Assembly (NCBI GenBank): GCA_002352465.1
Contig: DEIN01000008.1
Coordinates: forward strand, 564 to 64,563
Reading direction: 5' to 3'
DNA: 64,000 nt
Origin: Patescibacteria group bacterium UBA2773
GTDB taxonomy: Bacteria > Patescibacteriota > Minisyncoccia > Moranbacterales > DUUL01
Part shown: positions 19,264 through 29,392 of the stretch, one piece after another
Position numbering within the stretch: position 1 is the first letter of the stretch
Layout: each line of letters opens with the position of its first letter
The notes under the pieces: model-generated
What the model saw: only the letters and a program-made list of their open reading frames with translations
What the model was told of the DNA's origin: nothing
The model's database searches: none
Position numbers and translations under genes: made by a program

Positions 19264-21126
19264 CTATTTAGTTTCAAGAATATTAATGTTTCTATTTTTT
19301 GCAGAAAAAGAACTTAGCCAAGAAGGTTTGTAAGAAATGATTGCTTTTTCGATTTGTTTAAGATTTGATAAATAAGCTTTGATTTCAGTATGATTTTTAT
19401 TTGATAGAGAATTTTTTATTTGAGTTTTCTTCAGAATAGGCCAATAGATAGCTTCGGCCGTTATTGATAAATTTAATTTTTTAGATTCAAAATCAGAAAT
19501 ATCTTTAGTGAAATTAATTTTGCTTATTTTGTCAAATTCTAAATCAGTTAAATTTTCTTCGTTGAAAGAACTTTTAATAAGATTGTTTAAATCGTTCTCA
19601 TTAAAAATCATTAGCTTAACTTTTTCTTGAAGTTTATAATCGAATTGATCGATTATATCGCCTGAAGCGAAAGAAGAATCGCTGTTTGTTATTTCTTTTT
19701 CAATTGAGGTCAAAACAAAAGCTTCATTTCTAGTTAATTGTTTTTTTATATTTTCTTCTAATTTTTCGTTAAAAATTTCTATAGTTTTTTCTCGAGCTGA
19801 ATTAATATCTGCGTCTGTGACGACTTTTACTTTTTTATTCTCATTATCATTTGTTCCACCGATCATAGAATTTTCTGAAATAACTTTAAACTTAGTGTAT
19901 TTATCACTATTTTTAAACCCCTCAATTGTGAATTCAGTTGATTCGACATTGTAATCTTGGCCAACTTCATCGGCAATTACTTGAACTTCTACCATTCCAG
20001 GTTGGTTGTCAGTTAAGCCTGGAACTATGGTATTTTTAATTAGTCTGAAGAGTTTTCCTTCTTTCGATAACAGACGAGTTGTTGCAACGAGCGGTTGATC
20101 TTTCGAGGAGTAGTTGTTATATATTTTAACAATTCCTCGAGCCATTCCTTTATCATTGCTAAATTTTTCACCACTAGCATTGTATCTTTCTGTAATTTCT
20201 ATTAGAAGTTCCTCATATTTACCGATAAGGCAATTTTCGTCTCTAGTTTCTTCTTGGCAAACAGTTACGTCAAGATTAGTGTTGACTACTTCGTTTTTTA
20301 AAAAAATTTCAACTGTCATTTTGGGCCAATTTAAAATAAACCAATATCCAACAATCAATATTGATAAAATAAAAATTATAAAGAATAATATTTTCCCAAT
20401 TTTTTTATTTAAAGGCTTTTTTCTCTTTTTCCCCCTTGTTTTTTTTAGTGGTTTAGTAAAATCATTTTTAGCTTTATTGTCTTGATAAAAATTATCTAAA
20501 GCTTTTTCTTGAGAATTGTTTTCGTTTTTTTCTTCAAAGGCAGGATTTATTCTGAATTTTTTTTCTTCTGGTGCTTTGTCGACTAGCGTCTCTGACTCTT
20601 TCTTGTTTTGATAATTTTGAATATGTTCTTCGCCAAAAGTGTTGGGAGTGGCAACGATTATTTTTTTGTTTTTTGGAGTTGAAAATAAACCTAAGTTTTT
20701 TATTGGAGTGGTCGATTCTTCTTTTTCTACTGAAGATTTTTGGTCTGAGTTATAAAAATTAGAACTGCCGATTTTTCTTTTCATATTTTGAGGCAAGACA
20801 TTCTCTGGTAAATCTTCAGGCTGGGTTTTTATTTGATTTGAAGGTTCGGGTTCCTTGTTACCGACAAAATCTTGAATAGATTTGTTCCTTGTTTTTAAGC
20901 CAACTCTCTCAATAATTTTTTTTGAATGTTGATCGGAGGTAACAAGGATAACGTTTTTTTTCATTTTGATAACTTCCTTTTTCAATAATTTCAAATTTAT
21001 AATTCCTTGAGTAAGTAAAGAATTTTTTGGAATAACTAAAAAAATTTCATTGACATTTTCTTTGCGAATTTTGTTGATTATTCCAATTATCTCTTCATCA
21101 ATGTCAATGTAAATAGTTTTGTGCAT
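19264..21126 (-). CDS. Membrane protein with baseplate-J-like C-terminal domain (CPR-type)
   Basis: IYIDIDEEI N-domain, disordered linker, one TM, ARGIVKIYN..S...QPLVATTRL...G.LFR, V.AD.VG..YN. Confidence 0.65.
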   Translation of the reverse strand: MHKTIYIDIDEEIIGIINKIRKENVNEIFLVIPKNSLLTQGIINLKLLKKEVIKMKKNVILVTSDQHSKKIIERVGLKTRNKSIQDFVGNKEPEPSNQIKTQPEDLPENVLPQNMKRKIGSSNFYNSDQKSSVEKEESTTPIKNLGLFSTPKNKKIIVATPNTFGEEHIQNYQNKKESETLVDKAPEEKKFRINPAFEEKNENNSQEKALDNFYQDNKAKNDFTKPLKKTRGKKRKKPLNKKIGKILFFIIFILSILIVGYWFILNWPKMTVEIFLKNEVVNTNLDVTVCQEETRDENCLIGKYEELLIEITERYNASGEKFSNDKGMARGIVKIYNNYSSKDQPLVATTRLLSKEGKLFRLIKNTIVPGLTDNQPGMVEVQVIADEVGQDYNVESTEFTIEGFKNSDKYTKFKVISENSMIGGTNDNENKKVKVVTDADINSAREKTIEIFNEKLEENIKKQLTRNEAFVLTSIEKEITNSDSSFASGDIIDQFDYKLQEKVKLMIFNENDLNNLIKSSFNEENLTDLEFDKISKINFTKDISDFESKKLNLSITAEAIYWPILKKTQIKNSLSNKNHTEIKAYLSNLKQIEKAIISYKPSWLSSFSAKNRNINILETK

Positions 21127-21136
21127 TTTTTAATTT

Positions 21137-22402
21137 TTAGTTTTGAATTATTTTCAAAGCATTATTTAAAGCTTCTGATAGAACGTCTTTATTTTCATTG
21201 TTTAAAATCAAACTAGCTAATCCCATTGGTGTTACGTCTTGAGGATTAGTTAATTTTCCAGTCTTGTCAATTATTTTTATGATGTCGTGAGGTTGAATAA
21301 AACCAACAGTGGGCTTGTCTGGAAACGGTATTTTTTTTAGCCAATTTTCAGAATTTAGTTGTTCATAAATTCCAGGTAAGCCACTTCCGCCTCCACATAA
21401 CAATATTCTAGGTGGCAATGAATCTAGTCGGGAAGAACAAAAATTTTCCAGTGCTATTTCTACTCCAGAAAGCCAAATTTCACAATCTTCTCGCAGTGAG
21501 TCTTCTATTTTTTTGATGTATTGAGGCTCAATTTTACCTTTTGAATAAAGTAATTTAGCTGTTTCTCCTTCCTTAAATGATAGGCTAAATTTTTTAGCTA
21601 AACTTTTAGTAAAGCTTCTTCCTCCTAATCCAAAAATTGAAGTTCCTTCCAAACTACCATTTTTAATAACAGCAATATCAGTGGTTCCTCCACCAACATC
21701 AATTAAAATTGCTCCAAAATCAGGATGATTTTCAAGTCCCATTCCATTCACGGCGGCGTAAGGTTCAGCGGCAATTGTGATTAATTTTAAATTTAGAGCT
21801 TTAGCAATGCTTCGAATAGCTCCGAGATGAACTAGCGGTGCATAAGCATTAAAAACGCTCATTGAAACGTCTCGGCCTTGAAAACCGATTGGATTAGTTA
21901 CTCTATAGCCATCTATTTCGACCGTGACAACAGCAGCATTAATTAGTTTAATATCAATATCAGAATGTCCAGATTCATAGGCTAATTGTTTTTTAATTCT
22001 TTCGAAGGCTTTCCATTGAATTTTTTGAATAATATTTTTTATTTCTGGAGAATCAATTCTAACTTCTGGTTTAGTTCTTTCGTAATGAACAGTGGTAGTC
22101 GAACCTTTGACGAATTCTCCGGCTATTCCAATTATAGTGTTTTTGACCCCCTTTATCCCAGCTTCTTGACAGGCTAAATCAATTGATTTTCGGCAAGTCT
22201 CGATTACTCCTTCGATATTGCTAACTGCTCCACTGGTCATATTACCAATTTTTTGTCTAGTTTTTCCTACTCCAAGAACCACTCCTTTCTGAGTTTCTTC
22301 GTCAATCTTATACACTAAGCTTTTAACAAATTCTGTGCCTATATCTAAGGCTAGAAAAAAATCTTTGTTAAATTTTTTGTCTTTTCCAAAAAATAAAGCC
22401 AT
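21137..22402 (-). CDS. FtsA-like actin-fold ATPase
   Basis: LALDIGTEFVK, AEPYAA, LIDVGGGTTDIA, GGRSFT, LCGGGSGLPG. Confidence 0.8.
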   Translation of the reverse strand: MALFFGKDKKFNKDFFLALDIGTEFVKSLVYKIDEETQKGVVLGVGKTRQKIGNMTSGAVSNIEGVIETCRKSIDLACQEAGIKGVKNTIIGIAGEFVKGSTTTVHYERTKPEVRIDSPEIKNIIQKIQWKAFERIKKQLAYESGHSDIDIKLINAAVVTVEIDGYRVTNPIGFQGRDVSMSVFNAYAPLVHLGAIRSIAKALNLKLITIAAEPYAAVNGMGLENHPDFGAILIDVGGGTTDIAVIKNGSLEGTSIFGLGGRSFTKSLAKKFSLSFKEGETAKLLYSKGKIEPQYIKKIEDSLREDCEIWLSGVEIALENFCSSRLDSLPPRILLCGGGSGLPGIYEQLNSENWLKKIPFPDKPTVGFIQPHDIIKIIDKTGKLTNPQDVTPMGLASLILNNENKDVLSEALNNALKIIQN

Positions 22403-22503
22403 TTTTTTAGGAGATTTTTTCCAAACAAAATTTTACAATATAAAATATATTTGAAAAGGTCTCTTTATTTGTTTTTAACTTATTTAAATTATATCACAAT
22501 AAA

Positions 22504-23238
22504 TTATTTATTACGAGCTTTTCTGCCAGCCATACATTTTTTTTTGGTTTTGGATCTTTTGCAATATTCCATCATTACTGCTCTGAATTTTCCGTTGATT
22601 ATTGTTTTGCCTTTTTCCATTAGGGTGGCTCTGTCAGCAATTAAGCCAGCTTCTTCTCGATGAGTAATGAGCAAAATCGAACATTTTAGTTCATTTTTTA
22701 TTTTTAGCAATAAATCATAGAGTTCATTATAAACTATTATATCCAAAGAAGCGTCAGGTTCGTCTAAAATCATCAATTTAGGTCTCATTAAAATAACCGA
22801 GGCTAACTCAATTCTTTTCCTTTCGCCACCGCTTAGTTTTTCATCAATTTTTCGATTTAAAATTTCGCTATTTAAGTCTAAAAGCTCAAGAGTCTTTTTT
22901 AGATTTTTTTTGAAATTAATCTTACTACTAATTGAAAGAAAATCTTTAACTAAAAGTCCTTCAAAACGAGCTGGTTCCTGAAAAGCTAAAGTCAGACCCA
23001 AGTTAGCTCTTTCATAAATTTTTTTCTTAGTAATGACTTTATTCTGAAAGTTAATTTGTCCAGATTGAATTAAATCAGCATTAATTCCCATTAAGGCGTA
23101 GGCTAGGGTTGTTTTACCGCTACCATTTTTTCCTAAAAGACAATGAATTTCATTTTCTTTTATTTCTAGATTAGCTTGGTCGAGGATAATTTTTTTGTCT
23201 GATTTATTGAAAACTGTTAGATTAGTGACTTTGAGCAT
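22504..23238 (-). CDS. ABC ATPase, SufC-like
   Basis: GKNGSGKTTLAYALMG, LAFQEPARFEG, LSGGERKRIELA, ILDEPD. Confidence 0.8.
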   Translation of the reverse strand: MLKVTNLTVFNKSDKKIILDQANLEIKENEIHCLLGKNGSGKTTLAYALMGINADLIQSGQINFQNKVITKKKIYERANLGLTLAFQEPARFEGLLVKDFLSISSKINFKKNLKKTLELLDLNSEILNRKIDEKLSGGERKRIELASVILMRPKLMILDEPDASLDIIVYNELYDLLLKIKNELKCSILLITHREEAGLIADRATLMEKGKTIINGKFRAVMMEYCKRSKTKKKCMAGRKARNK

Positions 23239-23248
23239 ATTTTTTTAT

Positions 23249-24493
23249 TTAAAAATCAGATTCTTCTAAAGTAGTTTTAGTTATTTTTTCCTTGCCTTTA
23301 CTTAAAATTTTAAGTTCAATTTCTTCCCCAACTTCTTTTTTTCGGATTATCTTGGCTAAATTATTTTTTTCAGTAATTTTTTCGTTATCAATTTCTAAAA
23401 TAATATCGTATTCTAATAATCCGGCTTTATCGGCTGGACTTCCTGGAAGGATGGCTAATTCATCTCGGCTATTTCCTCTTAGAATTAAAGCTCCATAATC
23501 AACTAATAAATTATTTTTTTCTTTGATTTTTTCGTTTACAATCAAATAGCGAACTCCTAGATAAGGTCTAACAATTTTTCCTGTTTCTTTGACACTCTTA
23601 TAAATATCTTTTATTTGATTGATCGGAATAGTGAAACCGATGTTTTCTGCTCCCTGAGCCATTGCTACATTAACTCCAATCACATTTCCTTTTAAATCGA
23701 ACAAAGGACCGCCTGAATTACCTGGATTAATAGCAGCATCAGTTTGAATGACTTCTTCAAGAATTTCAGTTTGCCCTAAAGAATTTCCAGCTTCTACTTC
23801 TCTTTTTAGACCAGAAATTATTCCTTTAGAAACTGTATTACTAAACTCACCTAGAGAATTACCTATTGCAATTACTGTTTGCCCGACTTGCAAGTTTTCG
23901 GAATCTCCAAGTTTAATTATAGGCAAATCTTTTCCTTCTATTTTTAAAATAGCTATATCTAAAAAATTATCTCTAGCCAAAATTTTGGCTTCAAAAGTTT
24001 CTTGGTTGTTTAGCATTATAGTATAATTGGCTTTTAAATCATCAACAACGTGCTTATTAGTGATGATATAACCGCTGGAGTCGATAATAAATCCTGTTCC
24101 ACCTCCGATTTCTCGAGTTTCTGTTTCTGTTTCATCTTGGTTACCTGAATAAAATTGATTAAAAAAGGGATCATTAAAAAAACTATCTAGTTTGGGAACG
24201 TCTTTCGTGATGACAATACTAACGACAGCAGGAGCATTTTCTTGAACAACTTTTACGACTGATTGATCTTCTTCCAATAAAGAACTTTGAGTTGAATCTT
24301 GTAAAATTTTATTTTTAGAGGTGAAATTATCTTGAAAAATTTCTAATTCATTGATTTTTTTTTGAAAAAATCTTTCACTAGCGAAGAAACCACCTAAAGC
24401 ACCTGCTAAACTACTAATTGAAATCAACAAAGTCAAATAAAAATATATATTTTTATTATTATTCATTATTATTGATTGTTTTTTCTTTATCAT
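23249..24493 (-). CDS. HtrA/DegP-type trypsin-like serine protease with PDZ domain
   Basis: GGGTGFII, TNKHVV, IQTDAAINPGNSGGPL, GSPADKAGL. Confidence 0.93.
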   Translation of the reverse strand: MIKKKQSIIMNNNKNIYFYLTLLISISSLAGALGGFFASERFFQKKINELEIFQDNFTSKNKILQDSTQSSLLEEDQSVVKVVQENAPAVVSIVITKDVPKLDSFFNDPFFNQFYSGNQDETETETREIGGGTGFIIDSSGYIITNKHVVDDLKANYTIMLNNQETFEAKILARDNFLDIAILKIEGKDLPIIKLGDSENLQVGQTVIAIGNSLGEFSNTVSKGIISGLKREVEAGNSLGQTEILEEVIQTDAAINPGNSGGPLFDLKGNVIGVNVAMAQGAENIGFTIPINQIKDIYKSVKETGKIVRPYLGVRYLIVNEKIKEKNNLLVDYGALILRGNSRDELAILPGSPADKAGLLEYDIILEIDNEKITEKNNLAKIIRKKEVGEEIELKILSKGKEKITKTTLEESDF

Positions 24494-24547
24494 TTTATTT
24501 TAATCTTTATTTTTAATTAATCTAAAATTTAGTTAAAATATTATTTT

Positions 24548-24730
24548 TTATTCTTCTTCAATTAAAATGGCTTGACTTGGGCAATTTTCAGCAATTTCGT
24601 TTAAATTACAATTTTTAAAATTAGTATTTATTATTTTTGCTGTTCCGTTTTCTAGCAAAAAACAATCGGGACAAAGTGACTGACAAATACCGCAACCGAT
24701 GCAGGCTTCCTCGTCGATTTTTAGCTTCAT
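24548..24730 (-). CDS. Ferredoxin
   Basis: CIGCGICQSLCP ... CPSQAI. Confidence 0.9.
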   Translation of the reverse strand: MKLKIDEEACIGCGICQSLCPDCFLLENGTAKIINTNFKNCNLNEIAENCPSQAILIEEE

Positions 24731-24745
24731 AAATGTTTATAATAA

Positions 24746-25783
24746 TTAATAGACACTGGGGTCTCCATTTGAGTTGCTACGTAAAATCGTTTCGTTTTCT
24801 TCTAGTAATTGATTAGAAAATTTTATTTTTAACTCTTTTTTATCCCAATAATAATCTTTTAAAAATGTTCTAATTGAATATTCTTTTTTTCTGGTATTTA
24901 GCCAATTTAAAAAACTTCCTTCTTGAGTAAAAATTTGTTTTAATTTGACTTCTTTTACGTTATTTTTTTCTTTGATTTCTTCTAGATAAATAATATGACT
25001 TCCCAAAGAACTTTTGATTACTTCTGAGAACTCACCTGGTTGCATCGAGTAAGCTTTTTCGGCTATCTTTTTAGAAAGATATTCTTTTTTAAACCAACCA
25101 ATTGAGCCACCATTTTCAGCGGTTTCTCCTTCTGAATATTTTTTAGCAACTTCTTCAAAATTGTTATTATCAGTTAATGATTGATAGGCTTGGTTGATTT
25201 TACTTTTCGATGAATTAGTCTTGTCAATTTCTTTTTCATAATAATCTATTAATCGAATTAAATAAATTCTGGGAATAATGACTTTATCTCTAAAGTCACT
25301 TAGACTCCAATTATAGAGTTTTTTGAGATTTAAAGCTAGATTTTCGGTATTTCCAGCTTCTTGAGCTTTAGAAATCAACTCTTGCCCAGCTTCTTTTTTG
25401 GAAACATTAATTCCTTCGGCTCTAGCTATCGATTGAATTATTTTATCTTCAATAAGTTTATTAAAAATTTCTTTTTCTTTTACTTTTAAACGTTGTTGAC
25501 CTTCTTTTGTTTCAAAATCAATTCTTAGCCCTATTTCTGAAAAATCTTGAGAGTTATAAAATTTTTCTAAAGATTCGACATTTTGTAAAAGATCCCGGGT
25601 AGTGATTAACTGATTGCCATCAATTAAAGTGATAGGGTAAGGAATTATTTTAAAAAATCTTTGATTAAATTTTCCGAGAGGGCTAAAAAAATAAAAAGTA
25701 ATTAAAAATGCAGAACAAAAAATCATAAATAAAATAATATACAAAAATCCTTTCTTAATTTTTTTAATAGATAGTTTTTCCAT
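24746..25783 (-). CDS. SurA/PrsA-like parvulin peptidyl-prolyl isomerase
   Basis: FEEVAKKYSE...AENGGSIGWF, GEFSEVIKSSLGSHII. Confidence 0.85.
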   Translation of the reverse strand: MEKLSIKKIKKGFLYIILFMIFCSAFLITFYFFSPLGKFNQRFFKIIPYPITLIDGNQLITTRDLLQNVESLEKFYNSQDFSEIGLRIDFETKEGQQRLKVKEKEIFNKLIEDKIIQSIARAEGINVSKKEAGQELISKAQEAGNTENLALNLKKLYNWSLSDFRDKVIIPRIYLIRLIDYYEKEIDKTNSSKSKINQAYQSLTDNNNFEEVAKKYSEGETAENGGSIGWFKKEYLSKKIAEKAYSMQPGEFSEVIKSSLGSHIIYLEEIKEKNNVKEVKLKQIFTQEGSFLNWLNTRKKEYSIRTFLKDYYWDKKELKIKFSNQLLEENETILRSNSNGDPSVY

Positions 25784-25847
25784 TTTTTGTTTGATGTTTT
25801 AAAACCAACTTAATTTTATCAAGTTTATTCTTTTAAATCAAGATGTT

Positions 25848-27113
25848 TTATTCATTTCTTAACGCTTCCATTGGTGTTAATCTAGAAGCTTTTTTAGCTG
25901 GTTTATAACCAAATATAACACCAGTTATCATTGAAAAACCAACAGCTAAAAGCACAGAAAATAATGTGACGGGAAAACTTAAAATAAATTCAAATTTTGA
26001 AGCAACAATTTCAGCAATTTTTGAAAAAACAGCGCCAGTTATAATTCCTACTAAACCTCCGATTAAAGTTAAAATAATTGCTTCGTAAATAAATTGCATC
26101 AAAATATCTTTATTTTTAGCGCCTAGGGCTTTTCTGAGGCCAATTTCAGAAGTTCTTTCTGTGACGGCTACATACATCACATTCATTATTCCTACTCCAC
26201 CAACTACTAGTGAAATTGAAGTCAGACCGATTAATAAGGCATTGAGAATACTAAAAATTTGGTCCACCATGTCAGTGGCTTCAGACATTGAGGTGATGGT
26301 AAAATCATCGTCGATTGGTAAGTCAATGTCGTGATTTTTTCTTAGGATTTTTTCCATTGTTTTGATAGTAATGGCATCTTTTTGAGTGTCGTTACTTTTA
26401 AAAACTATCCACTGAACATAATCAGTTCCTAGTAATTTTTTTTGAGCAGTTTGAACTGGTAAATAAATAATGCTGTCAAAATCAAAAAAGCCAGTTGATC
26501 CTCTTTTCTCTAGAACCCCTTTGACTTGATATTTTTGATTACCAATTTTGATTTTTTTGCCGATGGCTTTTTTGTTTCCAAATAAATTTTTAGTAATTTC
26601 AGCTCCTAGAATTGCGTATTTTTGGTAATTATCATCATCGGATTTAGTAAATTTTTTACCTTTTTCAATTTTCATATTACTATCAATCTCAAAAACTCCT
26701 GCTGAAACGGCCATAATCATTGCGGTTTCATTTTTATCTTCAAAAGAAATTAGTTTTTGAGTCATTACTCCCGCGTACCAAGCTTCTAAATTTTTTAATT
26801 TAGCAATTTCTTCGGCGTCTTTTAGTTTTAAAGTTTTAATTTCAGTTCCGCTAGCAATTCCTCCGGCATTTCCAGAGGAACTTTTGTCTTTTCCTGGTAC
26901 TTTAATTTCTAGATTGATAATATCGCTACCAAAAGATTCAACTTGGTCGATGACATATTTTTTCATTCCAGCGCCCAAAGATAGAACAATAATTACTAGC
27001 ATTACTCCGATTATAACGCCCAATAAAGACAAGGCTGTTCGCTTCTTGTTTCTGAATAAGTTTTTTAGTGCCAAGTGCAAAGCGATTTTTTGTGATCTTA
27101 AAAGGTTAATCAT
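25848..27113 (-). CDS. MacB/FtsX-family ABC transporter permease
   Basis: RTALSLLGVIIGV, VGGVGIMNVMYVAVTERTSEIGLRKALGA, PAKKASRL.PMEALR. Confidence 0.92.
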   Translation of the reverse strand: MINLLRSQKIALHLALKNLFRNKKRTALSLLGVIIGVMLVIIVLSLGAGMKKYVIDQVESFGSDIINLEIKVPGKDKSSSGNAGGIASGTEIKTLKLKDAEEIAKLKNLEAWYAGVMTQKLISFEDKNETAMIMAVSAGVFEIDSNMKIEKGKKFTKSDDDNYQKYAILGAEITKNLFGNKKAIGKKIKIGNQKYQVKGVLEKRGSTGFFDFDSIIYLPVQTAQKKLLGTDYVQWIVFKSNDTQKDAITIKTMEKILRKNHDIDLPIDDDFTITSMSEATDMVDQIFSILNALLIGLTSISLVVGGVGIMNVMYVAVTERTSEIGLRKALGAKNKDILMQFIYEAIILTLIGGLVGIITGAVFSKIAEIVASKFEFILSFPVTLFSVLLAVGFSMITGVIFGYKPAKKASRLTPMEALRNE

Positions 27114-27141
27114 TCGAATTCGTAAAATTAATTAAAATAAT

Positions 27142-28389
27142 CTATTCATAGTGAAGGGCTTCCATCGGACTGATTCGAGAAGCTTTTCGAGCAGGATAAA
27201 CTCCAAAAATAATTCCAACCGTCACGGAAATCACAACGGCAACAACAATTGAAAAAATAGAAATTAAAAATTCCCAGTCATAGCCAAGATAATTGACCAC
27301 GATGAAAATCAGAAAAGAAATAATAAATCCTAATAATATTCCGATCAAGCCGCCAATCAAAGAAACGAAAATTGCTTCAATTAAAAATTGAGTCAAGATA
27401 TCTTTATTATTAGCTCCAATCGATTTCCTGAGTCCAACTTCTTTAATCCTTTGATTGACTGAAATTAACATAATATTCATTATTCCAATTCCTCCTACCA
27501 GCAAAGAAACTGAGGCGACGGCTAAAAGAAAATATCTGATGATGTCAGTTACTTTTTCAAGGGTTTTTAGCGCCATGGCTTGATCTTTAATAGCAAAATC
27601 ATCCTTGCTTGGATCATCGATATCATGTTCAGCTCTTAGAATTTGAGTAATTTGTTTTTTAGCTAGATTTATTTGATTGGGATTGGCTATTTTTATTCTA
27701 ATAAAATTTAGATAATTTACTCCCAAGATTAATTTTTGAGCGGTTTTCAAAGGAATTAAAACTGAATCATTTTGATTTAATGCTCCAAAAGCTGAAGTCC
27801 CTTCTTCTTCTAGGACTCCAATCACTCGGAAATAATATTTCTTTATTTTAATTTTTTGATTGATTGGATTTTCATTTCCAAAAAAATCTTTAGCAATTGT
27901 ATGGCCCAAGACTACTATTTTGTCTAAAGACCGATCATCTTTTTCGGAAAAGAATCGACCTTGAGATATTTTTGTATCAGCTATTTCTAGATAACTGCTG
28001 GTGGTTCCTATTAAACTTAAATTTTCATCTCGATTTTTTCTGGAAACGGAAACGGTTCCATTATTATAACCGGCAATTGCGGAAAGTCCTTGAATGCTTT
28101 CGCTTTTTTTTATAGTTTCTAAATCATCATTCGTCAAGGTTTTAATAACAATTCCATAAATTGAAGCGGGAGGACCATTCTCTTTGGAAGCGCCTGGCGT
28201 GACGGCGATTAGATTAGAACCTATTCCTTCGACTTGTTTCAGAATTAATCTTTGAGCTGAATTTCCGATGGCCATAATAATAATGACGGAAGCAACACCA
28301 ATAATTATTCCCAAGATAGTTAAAAAAGAGCGAGTTTTGTTCGCTAGGAGATTTTTTTGAGAGAATTTTAGAGCGTTTAGTAAATACAT
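27142..28389 (-). CDS. MacB/FtsX-family ABC transporter permease
   Basis: RSFLTILGIIIGV, VGGIGIMNIMLISV..R.KEVGLRKSIGA; start set at ATG 28389. Confidence 0.92.
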   Translation of the reverse strand: MYLLNALKFSQKNLLANKTRSFLTILGIIIGVASVIIIMAIGNSAQRLILKQVEGIGSNLIAVTPGASKENGPPASIYGIVIKTLTNDDLETIKKSESIQGLSAIAGYNNGTVSVSRKNRDENLSLIGTTSSYLEIADTKISQGRFFSEKDDRSLDKIVVLGHTIAKDFFGNENPINQKIKIKKYYFRVIGVLEEEGTSAFGALNQNDSVLIPLKTAQKLILGVNYLNFIRIKIANPNQINLAKKQITQILRAEHDIDDPSKDDFAIKDQAMALKTLEKVTDIIRYFLLAVASVSLLVGGIGIMNIMLISVNQRIKEVGLRKSIGANNKDILTQFLIEAIFVSLIGGLIGILLGFIISFLIFIVVNYLGYDWEFLISIFSIVVAVVISVTVGIIFGVYPARKASRISPMEALHYE

Positions 28390-28409
28390 AGCAAATTTAT
28401 TTTTAAAAT

Positions 28410-28660
28410 AAATTTGAAATTCCAAGTTACAAATTCCAAGTTACAAACAAATTTCAAATTATAAATTAAAAATCTCAAACTTAAAAAGCCGAAGGCTTTT
28501 GTTTTTAATTTAAATTTTATAATTTTTAATTTTATAAACCTTTCCTATCGGCAGGCAGGTAAATCTCAATTTTTAAATCTAAAACGTTTCGTACGCTAGG
28601 TTTAAAAATTAGAATTTAAAATTTATTTAAAAATTACAAAATTACAAAATTAAAAATTAA
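28410..28660. repeat. Heptamer-periodic inverted-repeat cluster with embedded CCTATCGGCAGGCAGG palindrome
   Basis: AAATTCC/AAGTTAC/AAATTTC units followed by reverse-oriented units; no ORF. Confidence 0.65.
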
Positions 28661-29356
28661 TTAGATTCTTTGATCTTTCGTGATTTTCCCATCCCCCACC
28701 TGAATAATTCTTCGAGCATATTCTGCGATTGATTCTTCATGAGTCACTAAGATGATGGTTTTACCGGCCTTATTTAATTTTTCAAAAATTTTCATAATGG
28801 CTTCTCCTGATTTTGAATCAAGATTTCCAGTTGGCTCGTCTGCAAAAATAATGCTGGGGTTGTTGACTAAAGCTCTGGCAATAGCCACTCTTTGTTTTTG
28901 CCCGCCTGAAATTTGATTAGACAAATGATCAACTCGATGTTCCAATCCAACTGCCTTAAGAGCATTGTCTATTTTTAGATTATTTTCTTTTTTATTGTTT
29001 TTCTGAGTATTGTACAAGAGAGGTAGTTCTACATTTTCGTAAACACTGGTTCTTGGTAATAAATTAAAAGCTTGAAAAACAAAGCCAACTTCTTGGTTTC
29101 TGATATCAGAAAGTTCGTCATCGGAATAATTTTTAACATTTTTGCCTTTAAAAAAATAGTCACCAGCTGTTTGTTTATCTAAAAATCCCAACATTTGCAT
29201 CAAAGTTGATTTTCCTGAACCGCTTGGTCCCATAATGGCAATGAATTCGCCTGGTTCAATTTCAAAAGTGGCATTTTTCAAGGCTTTGGTTTCTACCCCA
29301 TCGTTGTTATAAGTTTTGGCTAAGTTTTTGATTTGAATTAATTTTGGTTGTTTCAT
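28661..29356 (-). CDS. ABC transporter ATP-binding protein (LolD/MacB-like)
   Basis: GPSGSGKST, GFVFQAFNLL, SGGQKQRVAIARAL, ADEPTGNLD. Confidence 0.95.
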   Translation of the reverse strand: MKQPKLIQIKNLAKTYNNDGVETKALKNATFEIEPGEFIAIMGPSGSGKSTLMQMLGFLDKQTAGDYFFKGKNVKNYSDDELSDIRNQEVGFVFQAFNLLPRTSVYENVELPLLYNTQKNNKKENNLKIDNALKAVGLEHRVDHLSNQISGGQKQRVAIARALVNNPSIIFADEPTGNLDSKSGEAIMKIFEKLNKAGKTIILVTHEESIAEYARRIIQVGDGKITKDQRI

Positions 29357-29392
29357 TTTTAAATTTTATGAATTTGTTCGTCTTAGGAGGAT

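Noticed and set aside
19264-21126. Prophage or contractile injection system
   Set aside because: The baseplate-J-like gene is isolated among housekeeping genes, with no tail, sheath, capsid or integrase genes nearby
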